A DNA stretch of 64,000 bases from Patescibacteria group bacterium (GTDB taxonomy: Bacteria > Patescibacteriota > JABMPQ01 > JAHIRA01): contig JAHISJ010000023.1 of assembly GCA_018818205.1 (NCBI GenBank), positions 95,103 through 159,102 on the forward strand, written 5' to 3'. Positions 37,506-46,693 of this stretch are shown here, one piece after another. Under the pieces are notes generated by a model, which saw nothing but the letters and a program-made list of their open reading frames with translations, was not told the origin of the DNA and searched no databases. A program made the position numbers and the translations under genes. Numbering within the stretch: the stretch's first letter is position 1; each line of letters begins with the position of its first letter.

Positions 37506-38839
37506 TCGCTAAAATAGCATACCCAATATCCAAGCTCTTCAAGAAAAACAGGAGTGGAGGAGGAAAGATTACCAGTATCGACAGCATAGTGGGCCAATTG
37601 TTTAGTGATTTTGGAGGTGTAATAGTTTTTACCGGGAGTGAATTGAACCAATAATTTAGTTTCAAAATCAAAGAGATAGATGACTCCGTTTTCATTTCCG
37701 GCAACAATTTTTGAACCATCGTCTAAAACATTCCAGCAAAGTATTGATCCTTTTCCTGTTTCAAAGCTTACCTTTCCAATATAAAAGGTATTAGTGGTGT
37801 AATTTTCTGTACGTGGAGGATTTAATGAAGTATTTTCTATATGAGATAGTTCGGTTTTGCTTGCAGTTTTCCCGTCTTTAAGTAATCTTATTTCACGTTT
37901 TTCAGCTACACCGCCTCCATATGTTCTTTGTATACGATGTGTGGATGATGATGTTTTAGCGTCAATCGAGGCTATTTCTACTGGGTCTGTTTTTTGAGCG
38001 TCACCAATATCGATTTCAACTTTATACGTAACAATCGATTTCCCACCCCAACCATGGGTGACCTTCGTCTCATAAGTTACAAAAACTTTTTCCCCAACGA
38101 ATTTTGAGCCTGTGATTTCACCTTCAAAAGGAATGAATAGTATATTCTCTCCATTAAAGCCAAAAATTTCAATAATGCTTTGTTTCTGCCCGTTATGGCT
38201 TGTATCAGTAACGTAAGTATAAAGAAAACTACTATCGTCAGGACAAATTGACAGTTGAGCTCCTGAAACATCTTGGTCTAAGTCATCTTTTGGACAAAAG
38301 CTGTTTTCTCCTGTTTCTAAATTGACAATTTGGAAACCATCTTTGATTTCATATGCTAAAAACTGGTTAGAGGGTGAGATTGCTACAAGGCTGGTCCTCA
38401 CTTTTGGTCTGTGTAAGATTGGCTTGAGAGTATCATCTTGAACTGCAAAAATTTCAATACTATTTCGTGTTACACAACAAATATACTTGTCATTTGACGA
38501 AAAAAATACCCTTGCTTGTTTATGGTAAGAATATTTGCCTGGAATTTCGCTATTATCTTCATTTTTCCTTGCAATTCTTAAAACAGAGAGGCACTTCATG
38601 CTTTTTATGTCAAAAAGCATCAACATACCTCCCTGATTCACAAGAGTGATGTAGCCATGGCTGATTGCAATACCACAAAATCTATAAGCATTTTTAATTT
38701 CGGACTTATTTTGATATTTTTCTTCAATGAGCGGGGAAAGTTCTCTACGATATTCTCGTAAATGACTGTCAGGAATAAATGGGTTTCCATCAGAATAAAG
38801 GGGAATTATCCACTTGGATAATTTTTTTTCTTCTTCCAT
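37397..38839 (-). CDS. WD40/YVTN-like beta-propeller orphan protein (paralog 1)
   Basis: Blade-like motifs FFSSNDKYI, AISPSNQFLAY, ICPDDSSFLY, LDDGSKIVAG; AAGGAGG SD; no signal peptide. Confidence 0.7.
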   Translation of the reverse strand: MEEEKKLSKWIIPLYSDGNPFIPDSHLREYRRELSPLIEEKYQNKSEIKNAYRFCGIAISHGYITLVNQGGMLMLFDIKSMKCLSVLRIARKNEDNSEIPGKYSYHKQARVFFSSNDKYICCVTRNSIEIFAVQDDTLKPILHRPKVRTSLVAISPSNQFLAYEIKDGFQIVNLETGENSFCPKDDLDQDVSGAQLSICPDDSSFLYTYVTDTSHNGQKQSIIEIFGFNGENILFIPFEGEITGSKFVGEKVFVTYETKVTHGWGGKSIVTYKVEIDIGDAQKTDPVEIASIDAKTSSSTHRIQRTYGGGVAEKREIRLLKDGKTASKTELSHIENTSLNPPRTENYTTNTFYIGKVSFETGKGSILCWNVLDDGSKIVAGNENGVIYLFDFETKLLVQFTPGKNYYTSKITKQLAHYAVDTGNLSSSTPVFLEELGYWVCYFSDKEAEWLEVWKPEPLEPGKVQQQWVHDGENPLLEDQ

Positions 38840-38932
38840 GCTTCCTCCTTGAAGCGTTTTTCAAACTTCCTCCGTGAAGTTTTTAAAGGATACTGGATTT
38901 ATACAGTATTAGATTAAAAAAGTCAAGACCAA
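38840..38932 (-). promoter_or_regulatory. Duplicated promoter and 5'UTR, copy 1
   Basis: TTGACT-N17-TATAAA (38926..38898), ATACTG-N8-CAGTAT palindrome, two GGAG-loop hairpins; near-identical to 41502-41593. Confidence 0.88.
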
Positions 38933-39103
38933 AGTACTCAAATAGCGAATTACTTATTTAAGACAAAAGAACAATCACTAGTTTTTACGCGAATGGCTTA
39001 AAAAAAGAAAAAATAAGTTTTATGCAATTCAAATCAACAGTATTGAACTTTAGTAATTTTCAGCTACTTTTCAATCATTGCACCAAAATCTCAAGGAGGA
39101 GAC

Positions 39104-39934
39104 ATGTGTAAATGCGCCCCCATAACTTCAATCGAGGCAATCTCGGTTGAGAAATTAGATGAGCTTTCGACACACGTCAAGGAATGTGACACGTGTCGAG
39201 AAAAACTTATGCAATCAGCAATGACCAGTAGGGATGAATGGTTTGTAGTCAGCATAATCAAATTTACGTTTCAAAGATTAATTTCCTTCTTTAGCAAACC
39301 AACGTGCTTTTGTTATTCTGCTCAAGAGATAAAAGCGTATGGTTCAAAAGAAAATGACTTGAGTGATGAAGAAAAAGCAGCAATGGAGTATCATTTGAGA
39401 ATTTGTAATTGTTGTGCAAAACAGTATGTCCTATTAGATCTTGCTCCGCATAAAGCAGAGTGTGAAGAAATCCATGGATTGATTGATAGTCTGCTTCAAA
39501 ATCATCGGATGCAAGAAGTTGCAACGCATCTTTTATCTTGCAATCGTTGCTTGTTGTACCTTTGCCGGAAAATACGAAATTCTACCGCTTCAGAAGAACT
39601 GTCCTCAGCGAATGTAAAAATTCTGAAGCTCCAAGAACTGAAAGCACACCTAATGTCCTTATTTGTTAAGGAAGGTGATCCTGAACTTGCAGAAATTGCA
39701 GATGGTAAAGTTCAAGATTGTTTCTCAAAAGAAGAACTTGCCAATTGGCTCTTAAGACCTGCTCCTACTCAGTGCGGTGAAAAAATATATCCTTGTTTAA
39801 CCGGAATTTTTGATTCGTATGCATCGGTAGCACTGAGGTTAGGAAAAGATCCAAAAATCTTATCTCAAGAAGAAAGACAATTGATTCGACTTCATTTACT
39901 GTTCTGCGAAGAATGTGTTGAAAAAATAAGTTAA
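39104..39934 (+). CDS. Protein with four zf-HC2 (ZAS anti-sigma-like) motifs
   Basis: HVKECDTC, HLRICNCC, HLLSCNRC, HLLFCEEC; AAGGAGG SD. Confidence 0.75.
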   Translation: MCKCAPITSIEAISVEKLDELSTHVKECDTCREKLMQSAMTSRDEWFVVSIIKFTFQRLISFFSKPTCFCYSAQEIKAYGSKENDLSDEEKAAMEYHLRICNCCAKQYVLLDLAPHKAECEEIHGLIDSLLQNHRMQEVATHLLSCNRCLLYLCRKIRNSTASEELSSANVKILKLQELKAHLMSLFVKEGDPELAEIADGKVQDCFSKEELANWLLRPAPTQCGEKIYPCLTGIFDSYASVALRLGKDPKILSQEERQLIRLHLLFCEECVEKIS

Positions 39935-39962
39935 ATCTAGTGAAGAAACACTTCTATCAGAG

Positions 39963-39994
39963 AAACACCTGTATCCATACAGCGTGTTTTTTTT
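39963..39994 (+). terminator. Intrinsic terminator
   Basis: AAACAC-CTGTAT-cc-ATACAG-c-GTGTTT plus T run. Confidence 0.7.
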
Positions 39995-40174
39995 ATAAAA
40001 AAAATGATATGCGCAGTGCATATCATACTAATATATTTTCTCAAAAGTGTCAGTAATTTTAAAATCTATTGATCTTCAACCAGTGGATTTTCACCATCAT
40101 AAACCCATTGCTGTAGAGTTTTTCCTGGTTCAAGAGGCTCAGGCTTCCACACCTCTAACCATTCAGCTTCCTTG
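39985..40174. repeat. 3'-flank repeat, copy 2
   Basis: Near-identical to 37317-37505. Confidence 0.95.
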
Positions 40175-41493
40175 CTGTTATGGTATTGAACGTACAAGCC
40201 AACGCTTTCCAAGTAAATCCAGTCGTCTAGAGAATAAGCTTCACTAAATTCTGTGTCTCTAAATAGCCAAAGAAATGAACCAACAATCTCTGAATCATAA
40301 TGACTACTTGTGTAAATAAATTCCTTTGACACGTTGTGCTCTGTATCAAAAAAGTTAATAACACGTTCAGCAAGCCAATGACGATCTAGTCCGCTTGGAT
40401 CATTTTCACTTCCAATAACAATCCTTGAGTAATCTTCGCTAATACCCCAACATATCATAGTATGTTTAGCATTAAATGCTTTTTCCGTTCCCACAATAGG
40501 AACTTTACCAAGTCCATCGTAATGTAACACATCGGTAATAATCCATACCCTAGAAGTATCTTTATACACGTAACCTTCTTGAATAAACTCTAATTTCTCC
40601 TCGTAGTTGTAATAATGCAAAACAATTTTAGGTTCCGCTATTTCTTGCCCATTAAAATCAAGTTCTAATTCATAAAAACGTGTATAGCGTCCATGCTCGT
40701 CCCTTCCGCTTACTCGATTAATGACAATAATCTTTTCTTTATCTTCATCTACTCTTGCTGCTTCAACGAATCCTTCAATAACTATGCTCGCATAAAGCTT
40801 CCCTGTAAAATCAATAATTTCTATAACATTATGGCCCGGCTGAAAGTCATACCCTCTCTCATCGGTAATGGTTCTAAAAGCAAGAATCCTCGTGTCTTCG
40901 TGACATAAGGAAAGGTGGCGTGGAGGATACCACTCTCTTTCTATAAAATGTTTAATAAGCTCATTATTTCCTGTTTTTAAGTCTAACTTACAGTATCCAT
41001 CCCTAACGCGGTACACAAAGAATTGGCTTGAGGATGAAAAAGTATGTGCGCGACATACACAATCTGGATCAGTAAAAATGGGGGTTTGATTTAGTTTATT
41101 GTCTTGAATTTCAAATACTTTAAGATCGTGCGAAATACAGTACAGGTACTGTCCGTTTGGGGAAAATCCAATAGATGCAATTGATTTACGAGAGTCCGGT
41201 AACTCATCTTCTTCTTCACGAGCAACCCTTGACAAAGAAAGGCATTTTTCAGTTTCAATGTCAAAAAGCATTAATATCCCCCCTTTATTTACCACTGCAA
41301 TATGCTCGTTACTCACTGCGATATCACTGAACTCATGTGCTCTAAATATTTTGCCTCGTGGAAATTGTTTTTCATCGAGTACTCTCTTCTTGTCGCTGTC
41401 GTAAGCTTCATTATAACCAATTGTTCGTCTATGAAAATCAAAGGGTTTACCCGTGTAATACAAGGGTATATACCAGCGTGTTATTTCTGTCAT
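40066..41493 (-). CDS. WD40/YVTN-like beta-propeller orphan protein (paralog 2)
   Basis: GFSPNGQYLY, FSSSSQFFVY; shares W.IPLY..G.PF, VN.GG.LMLFDI...KCLS and the C-terminal tail with paralog 1. Confidence 0.7.
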   Translation of the reverse strand: MTEITRWYIPLYYTGKPFDFHRRTIGYNEAYDSDKKRVLDEKQFPRGKIFRAHEFSDIAVSNEHIAVVNKGGILMLFDIETEKCLSLSRVAREEEDELPDSRKSIASIGFSPNGQYLYCISHDLKVFEIQDNKLNQTPIFTDPDCVCRAHTFSSSSQFFVYRVRDGYCKLDLKTGNNELIKHFIEREWYPPRHLSLCHEDTRILAFRTITDERGYDFQPGHNVIEIIDFTGKLYASIVIEGFVEAARVDEDKEKIIVINRVSGRDEHGRYTRFYELELDFNGQEIAEPKIVLHYYNYEEKLEFIQEGYVYKDTSRVWIITDVLHYDGLGKVPIVGTEKAFNAKHTMICWGISEDYSRIVIGSENDPSGLDRHWLAERVINFFDTEHNVSKEFIYTSSHYDSEIVGSFLWLFRDTEFSEAYSLDDWIYLESVGLYVQYHNSKEAEWLEVWKPEPLEPGKTLQQWVYDGENPLVEDQ

Positions 41494-41496
41494 CTT

Positions 41497-41593
41497 GCTT
41501 TCTCCTTGAAGCGTTGTTTTTTCAAACTTCCTCCGTGAAGTTTTTAAAAGATACTGGATTTATACAGTATTAGATTAAAAAAGTCAAGACCAA
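41497..41593 (-). promoter_or_regulatory. Duplicated promoter and 5'UTR, copy 2
   Basis: TTGACT (41587-41582)-N17-TATAAA (41564-41559); same palindrome and hairpins as copy 1. Confidence 0.88.
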
Positions 41594-41662
41594 TGCAAGT
41601 GATATTAGCTAAAAAACCTCTTAGATACCTATTATTCTTTAATTCCATTCATACTTATTCAC

Positions 41663-41691
41663 TTGACACGCATCCCCACATAAATTAGCGT
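41663..41691 (+). promoter_or_regulatory. Putative promoter giving an essentially leaderless transcript
   Basis: TTGACA-N17-TAGCGT only 8 nt before ATG 41700. Confidence 0.55.
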
Positions 41692-41699
41692 AATAACAT

Positions 41700-42650
41700 A
41701 TGAAACCGATGATACACGTAAAAAACCTCTGCAAAAAGTATTCAAGCTTTGAAGCACTCAAAGACATCTCTTTTGATGTTGAGAAGGGAGAGGTTGTTGG
41801 CTTTCTTGGTCCTAACGGTGCCGGGAAGACCACTACTATGCGTATTTTAACTGGCTATCTCCCCATGACCTCGGGTAAAGTCGAAATTGATGGACTTGAT
41901 GTGTATGAAGAATCACTTAAAGTACGCTCAAAGATTGGGTATCTACCAGAGACAACGCCACTGTATATGGATATGACCGTCAAAGAATATGTGTCGTATA
42001 TTGCAGAGCTTAAAAAGATTTCTAAGGAAGAGCGAAAAGAGCAGGTCAAAAAAGCCATGAATGATTGTGGCGTTGGACATATAAAGGACAAACTAATAAA
42101 AACGTTGTCAAAGGGATTTAAACAGCGCGTTGGAATTGCACAGGCACTTGTTGGAAATCCTGAGGTCCTTATCTTGGACGAGCCAACCATAGGTCTTGAT
42201 CCAAACCAGATCGTTGAGATAAGAAATTTGATTAAGGATCTTGGAAAAGAAAAGACGGTTATTTTGAGCACACATATTCTACAAGAGGTAAGTGCCACGT
42301 GTAATAAAGTTATTATTATCAGCGAAGGTAAAATAGTTGCAATTGATTCTCCAGAAAATCTAACCTCCAGACTCTCTGGTGGGATGCGTGTTGATATCAC
42401 CGTAAAGGGACCCGAAAGTGAGATTCGCACCTGCTTAGAAGGGCTTGATGCGATAAAAGAAGTAAAAGAAGCTGGCCAGGAAGGCGGCATTGCAACACTC
42501 AGGGTATTTGCAAAAGAAGGGCAAGACCCACGCGAGGTAATCGCATCAGCAGTGGTAAGAAATGGCTGGGGACTTAAAGAAATGAGACGCGAAGCAGTAA
42601 ACTTAGAAGAGATATTTATGAAGCTTACGAAGGACGATAAAAAATCATGA
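41700..42650 (+). CDS. ABC transporter ATPase (GldA-like)
   Basis: GPNGAGKTT, LSKGFKQRVGIAQA, ILDEPT. Confidence 0.95.
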   Translation: MKPMIHVKNLCKKYSSFEALKDISFDVEKGEVVGFLGPNGAGKTTTMRILTGYLPMTSGKVEIDGLDVYEESLKVRSKIGYLPETTPLYMDMTVKEYVSYIAELKKISKEERKEQVKKAMNDCGVGHIKDKLIKTLSKGFKQRVGIAQALVGNPEVLILDEPTIGLDPNQIVEIRNLIKDLGKEKTVILSTHILQEVSATCNKVIIISEGKIVAIDSPENLTSRLSGGMRVDITVKGPESEIRTCLEGLDAIKEVKEAGQEGGIATLRVFAKEGQDPREVIASAVVRNGWGLKEMRREAVNLEEIFMKLTKDDKKS

Positions 42651-43354
42651 ACATCTTTGCCATAATGAAGAGGGAGCTTAAGGCATACTTCTATTCACCA
42701 ATAGCGTATGTTGTTTTTGCTTTGTTTTTGCTTCTCGCTGGTTATTTTTTCTCGATGATTTTGTTACTCTCAAAAGAAGCGTCAATGCGAGCAGCGATGT
42801 ATAATTTTGTTATTACGCTTCTCTTTTTCGCACCACTTATCACTATGCGGCTCTTTGCAGAGGAGAGAAAAACAGGAACGCTCGAGGTGCTCATGACTCG
42901 TCCGGTACGTGACATAGAGGTTGTGCTCGGCAAGTTCTTTGCGGCACTATCACTGTACGCATTAATGCTTGCATCTACCTTGGTATACGTAGGCGTTTTA
43001 GTTAAATACGGCAATCCTGATATGGGACCAATCTGGAGCGGTTACTTAGGTCTTTTTCTCCTTGGTGCATGTTTTATTGCGCTGGGGATCTTTGCATCAA
43101 CTCTTACAGAAAGTCAAATCATTGCTGCTGTTGTTGGTTTTGCGTTTATGTTACTCTTTTGGGTTATTGGATGGCTTTCAGGCACGCTAGGCTTTTCTAC
43201 CGAGAGTATCTTTACCTATATTTCACTCTCTTCACATTTTGATGACTTTGTGAGAGGCATTATCGATTTTAGAGCGGTGATTTATTATCTCTCATTTGTA
43301 GTATTCTTTCTATTTGTCACGGTTAAGTCAATCGAGGTACGAAAATGGAAGTAG
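42647..43354 (+). CDS. ABC-2 permease (GldF-like)
   Basis: YFYSPIAY, ITMRLFAEERKTGTLE, VLGKF. Confidence 0.92.
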   Translation: MNIFAIMKRELKAYFYSPIAYVVFALFLLLAGYFFSMILLLSKEASMRAAMYNFVITLLFFAPLITMRLFAEERKTGTLEVLMTRPVRDIEVVLGKFFAALSLYALMLASTLVYVGVLVKYGNPDMGPIWSGYLGLFLLGACFIALGIFASTLTESQIIAAVVGFAFMLLFWVIGWLSGTLGFSTESIFTYISLSSHFDDFVRGIIDFRAVIYYLSFVVFFLFVTVKSIEVRKWK

Positions 43355-44817
43355 ATAACGATAATAAAGATACAATGAAGTCAAAGAAATCAATTGGCTT
43401 TTTTGACAAGCGGTCAACGCAGTATGGAACAAACTCCATTCTTTTGATTGTGGCTGTTTTAGGAATTCTCATTTTAGTAAATTACATTGCGCAAAAAGAA
43501 GTGTATCGTGTAGATGTGACAAAGAATAAGCAATATACTCTTTCTGATCAGACAAAAAATGTCCTAGATCAGGTTGATGAAGAGATAAAAATTATTGCAT
43601 TTTACACGGATAGCACAGGAGCAAAGCAAGAAGTTCAGGATTTGGTAGAAGAGTATAAAGCACTAAATAGCAATATTACTCTTGAGTTTATTGATCCGGA
43701 TAAAAATCCGGGGACGGCTCGTCAATACGGAATTTCACGGTATAATGCAATCATTATAGAAAAAGGTGATAAGTCAGAAGAATTAAGCTCGGCCACAGAG
43801 AGCGAGCTTACCAGCGGAATCTTACGTTTGGTTAAAGATGACACAAAGAAAGTATATTTTTTGACGGGTCATGGGGATAAGAGTGTTACTTCGACAGAGC
43901 AGACCAAAGCGTACGGCATGATAAAAAATGAGCTAGAAAAGCAAATATATACTGTAGAAGAGCTTTCAATTATTTCAACGCAGGGTATCCCAGAAGATGC
44001 AGCAGTAGTTATTCTTGCTGGTCCAACGGTAGAAATTTCTGACAAAGAAAAAGAAGTCATGCGAGATTATATCGTAAACAGAAAGGGTAAAGTACTATTT
44101 CTGTTTGATCCGTTGATCGATACAAGCGCAGGTCTTAATATGGGTGATTTCCTGAATGAATTCGGGCTTGCGTATAAAGACGGTGTTGTTATTGATCAAG
44201 CGCAAGGATATTACGGAGATGCGCTGACGCCAGTTGTTCAAAAAGATGGGTTTGAAAGTCATCAAATTACTCAAAAGCAAGAGCTTGTCTATTTTCCTGG
44301 AGTTTCAAATGCAGGAAAGGCAGAATCAGTTCCGGAAGGATGGGCAGTTACAGAACTTGCCAGATCTACTGCCACTTCATGGTTAGAATCTGATACAACC
44401 AAAACAGAAGTAGGTTTTGGAGAAGGTGATATAGAAGGCCCAGTATCACTTATAGCAGTAGCACAAGAAGTTGTTCCAACAGATCAAAAGGAAGGTGAGG
44501 AAAGTTCAGATGATAAAGATAGCGCACGTATAGTCCTTGTTGGTGATTCTGACTTTGCTCTTGATGCGATCATCGGTTCAGACATTGGTCTTTTTAACCG
44601 CGATCTCTTCTTAAATATGGTTAACTGGCTAACAGCAGATGAAGATTTAATTTCAATTCTACCAAAAGAAGCAGTAACGTCAGAAGTTGCTCTTACTGGA
44701 ACCCAATCAAAAGTAATCTTTTGTCTGATCGTGTTTGGTATGCCCGCCATCTTTGTTGTTGTTGGTATCGTGGTTATTGTGAGACGTAAAAGAAAATCAA
44801 ACAAGGAGCATGCATAA
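43345..44817 (+). CDS. GldG-family ABC auxiliary protein
   Basis: DVTKNKQYTLS, VYFLTGHG, VGDSDF, N.DLFLN.VNWL, C-terminal TM. Confidence 0.9.
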   Translation: MEVDNDNKDTMKSKKSIGFFDKRSTQYGTNSILLIVAVLGILILVNYIAQKEVYRVDVTKNKQYTLSDQTKNVLDQVDEEIKIIAFYTDSTGAKQEVQDLVEEYKALNSNITLEFIDPDKNPGTARQYGISRYNAIIIEKGDKSEELSSATESELTSGILRLVKDDTKKVYFLTGHGDKSVTSTEQTKAYGMIKNELEKQIYTVEELSIISTQGIPEDAAVVILAGPTVEISDKEKEVMRDYIVNRKGKVLFLFDPLIDTSAGLNMGDFLNEFGLAYKDGVVIDQAQGYYGDALTPVVQKDGFESHQITQKQELVYFPGVSNAGKAESVPEGWAVTELARSTATSWLESDTTKTEVGFGEGDIEGPVSLIAVAQEVVPTDQKEGEESSDDKDSARIVLVGDSDFALDAIIGSDIGLFNRDLFLNMVNWLTADEDLISILPKEAVTSEVALTGTQSKVIFCLIVFGMPAIFVVVGIVVIVRRKRKSNKEHA

Positions 44818-45379
44818 ACGATATATAACAACGATAGCGGTTGTTTTAGCGTTTTTTGCGCTTCTCGCATTTGTGTTCTTTTTTGAAAAAGATAAAAAGA
44901 GTAAAGAAGATATAGAAGTCGAAAAAGAGGAATTGCAGGAAATCCCTGTGCTGGGTTTTGCTGAAGACGATGTTTCAAGGCTTGTTATCCAAAATGCAAA
45001 CGGAACGTTTACTCTTACCAAAGATGGTGAAAGCTGGAAGCTTGCCGAGGATGAGGCATATGATGTCAATCCGCTTGAAGTTTCATCGCTTATAAAGTAC
45101 GCAAATAATTTAGTTGCACGGTCAACGTTTCAGGCTGAAAATAAAGAGGAATATGGGTTAACGGAGCCTAGTATTAAAGCTACTTTTGACCTCACATATG
45201 ATAAACAGATTACACTTGATTTTGGTGATCCGACACCCGATGAGGCTAATATTTACGTTATGAGCAGTGAAAGTAATGATGTACTTGTTGTACCGGTTAT
45301 ATTGTTTACACAGTATAGTGCTGTTACCAAGGATTCGTTTAAACGTACAAAAGAGGAAGGTGAAGTACAGACAGAATAG
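44810..45379 (+). CDS. DUF4340-like protein
   Basis: N-terminal TM, EYGL..P, G..TP....YV; usual position after GldG. Confidence 0.8.
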   Translation: MHKRYITTIAVVLAFFALLAFVFFFEKDKKSKEDIEVEKEELQEIPVLGFAEDDVSRLVIQNANGTFTLTKDGESWKLAEDEAYDVNPLEVSSLIKYANNLVARSTFQAENKEEYGLTEPSIKATFDLTYDKQITLDFGDPTPDEANIYVMSSESNDVLVVPVILFTQYSAVTKDSFKRTKEEGEVQTE

Positions 45380-45525
45380 TTTTTGATGTGAATACTTACT
45401 GTTGCAGCGTTGTGCTGTTTTTTTGTTGACTTTAGCGATTCTGTGGTTCCTCCCCTTTTAATAAAGGCGAGGGGATAAGAAGTCTCAATGTTTTTTCTAT
45501 ACAGTCTTTGTGCTACAATATCCAA

Positions 45526-46638
45526 ATGAAACAACCACTAAAACATGTATTAGAATCCTCATGTGGCATGAAAAATCCATTCAGGATATTTGCTGAATTT
45601 GGTTTTTCCGAGATACCTGGTCTAAAGAGGGTAAACAAGTACAATAGAAAAATTGCAAAAACAAGAAACGGGCTTAAATCATATGCTGGGTTTTCGGGCT
45701 TTGAGCTTGGGCTGTGGTCTCTTGGGTTATTTTTAAGGGATGGCAGTATTAATCACGATAGACTCAGACATTTTATTAATGATGGTGAAAGATACCCGCG
45801 CTTTCATGCTTGTCTGGAAATTGTACCTGAATATTTTAAATCGACACATTTCAATTTGGCAAATGGAGAGCAAAAAAATGTGCACTTTCTGAAGTCTCAG
45901 ATTGCGATTAGCCGTACACTTTCTAGTGTGGAAAAACCGGTGCTTGTTGTTCACCCGGGATTTGTTGAAGATATTCGCAATAAAGAGGCAGGGATACAGA
46001 ATATCAAAAAAACCCTTAGCGAAGTTATTGCATATGCTGAGCAGCAAAACGTAATTCTGGGCATAGAAAATATGTTTTGGAATGATGCGGTATATTACAT
46101 TGGCATGGACGCGGAGGAGCTTAGAGAAATCATTGATACCTTCTCTTCAGACTTTGTAAAAATTACTTTTGATTGGGGGCATCTTAGTACTGTTCTTTCT
46201 AGGCGGAAACTAAAAGACCCATACAATGAAATTGACAATTATATTTCCTATTTGGGTAAACGCATTGTACATACACATATTAACTATAACCATTGTTTAG
46301 AGCCTCTTTGGCAGCCCAAAGTGTCTTTAAAAAGAAGATTTTTTGCACGCGCAACCCGGAGGTCATCTAAAGGTGGTGTAAGGGTTATGGCGACAGAAAC
46401 ACATGATGAACATTTGCCCTTTTCATCCATGGAACGCGATGGAAGAGAGCATTTTCTAAAAAATATTAAGACACTCTTCGCTCAAAGCGATGTGGTTGAA
46501 CATGGCTTTGTGACCCATGAAGTGCTTCCACAAAAAGTATTTAGTATTTTCCCCGTTAATAAAGAAGGCGCAGCTTTGGAAGATCACAAGCATGACATTA
46601 CATTGCTTAATGGTTTGCTTGCTAAACCAAGTAGCTAA
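45526..46638 (+). CDS. TIM-barrel sugar-phosphate isomerase / AP endonuclease 2-like protein
   Basis: VVHPG, LGIENM, TFDWGH, IVHTH, DEHLP; ATG 45526 directly after TGcTACAAT. Confidence 0.75.
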   Translation: MKQPLKHVLESSCGMKNPFRIFAEFGFSEIPGLKRVNKYNRKIAKTRNGLKSYAGFSGFELGLWSLGLFLRDGSINHDRLRHFINDGERYPRFHACLEIVPEYFKSTHFNLANGEQKNVHFLKSQIAISRTLSSVEKPVLVVHPGFVEDIRNKEAGIQNIKKTLSEVIAYAEQQNVILGIENMFWNDAVYYIGMDAEELREIIDTFSSDFVKITFDWGHLSTVLSRRKLKDPYNEIDNYISYLGKRIVHTHINYNHCLEPLWQPKVSLKRRFFARATRRSSKGGVRVMATETHDEHLPFSSMERDGREHFLKNIKTLFAQSDVVEHGFVTHEVLPQKVFSIFPVNKEGAALEDHKHDITLLNGLLAKPSS

Positions 46639-46693
46639 TTGATTTTTTGTTCTATAAGTGCTACAATTGGTCTGCAAATTAATCAGAAAATGT

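Noticed and set aside
39969-39982. LexA SOS box (CTGTATCCATACAG)
   Set aside because: Spacing is CTGT-N6-ACAG rather than N8, and the sequence forms the stem of a terminator downstream of a gene.
37317-41593. Diversity-generating retroelement (VR/TR pair)
   Set aside because: Differences between the repeats include C/T and C/G changes and are not adenine-specific; both copies are coding 3' ends; no reverse transcriptase is in the window.
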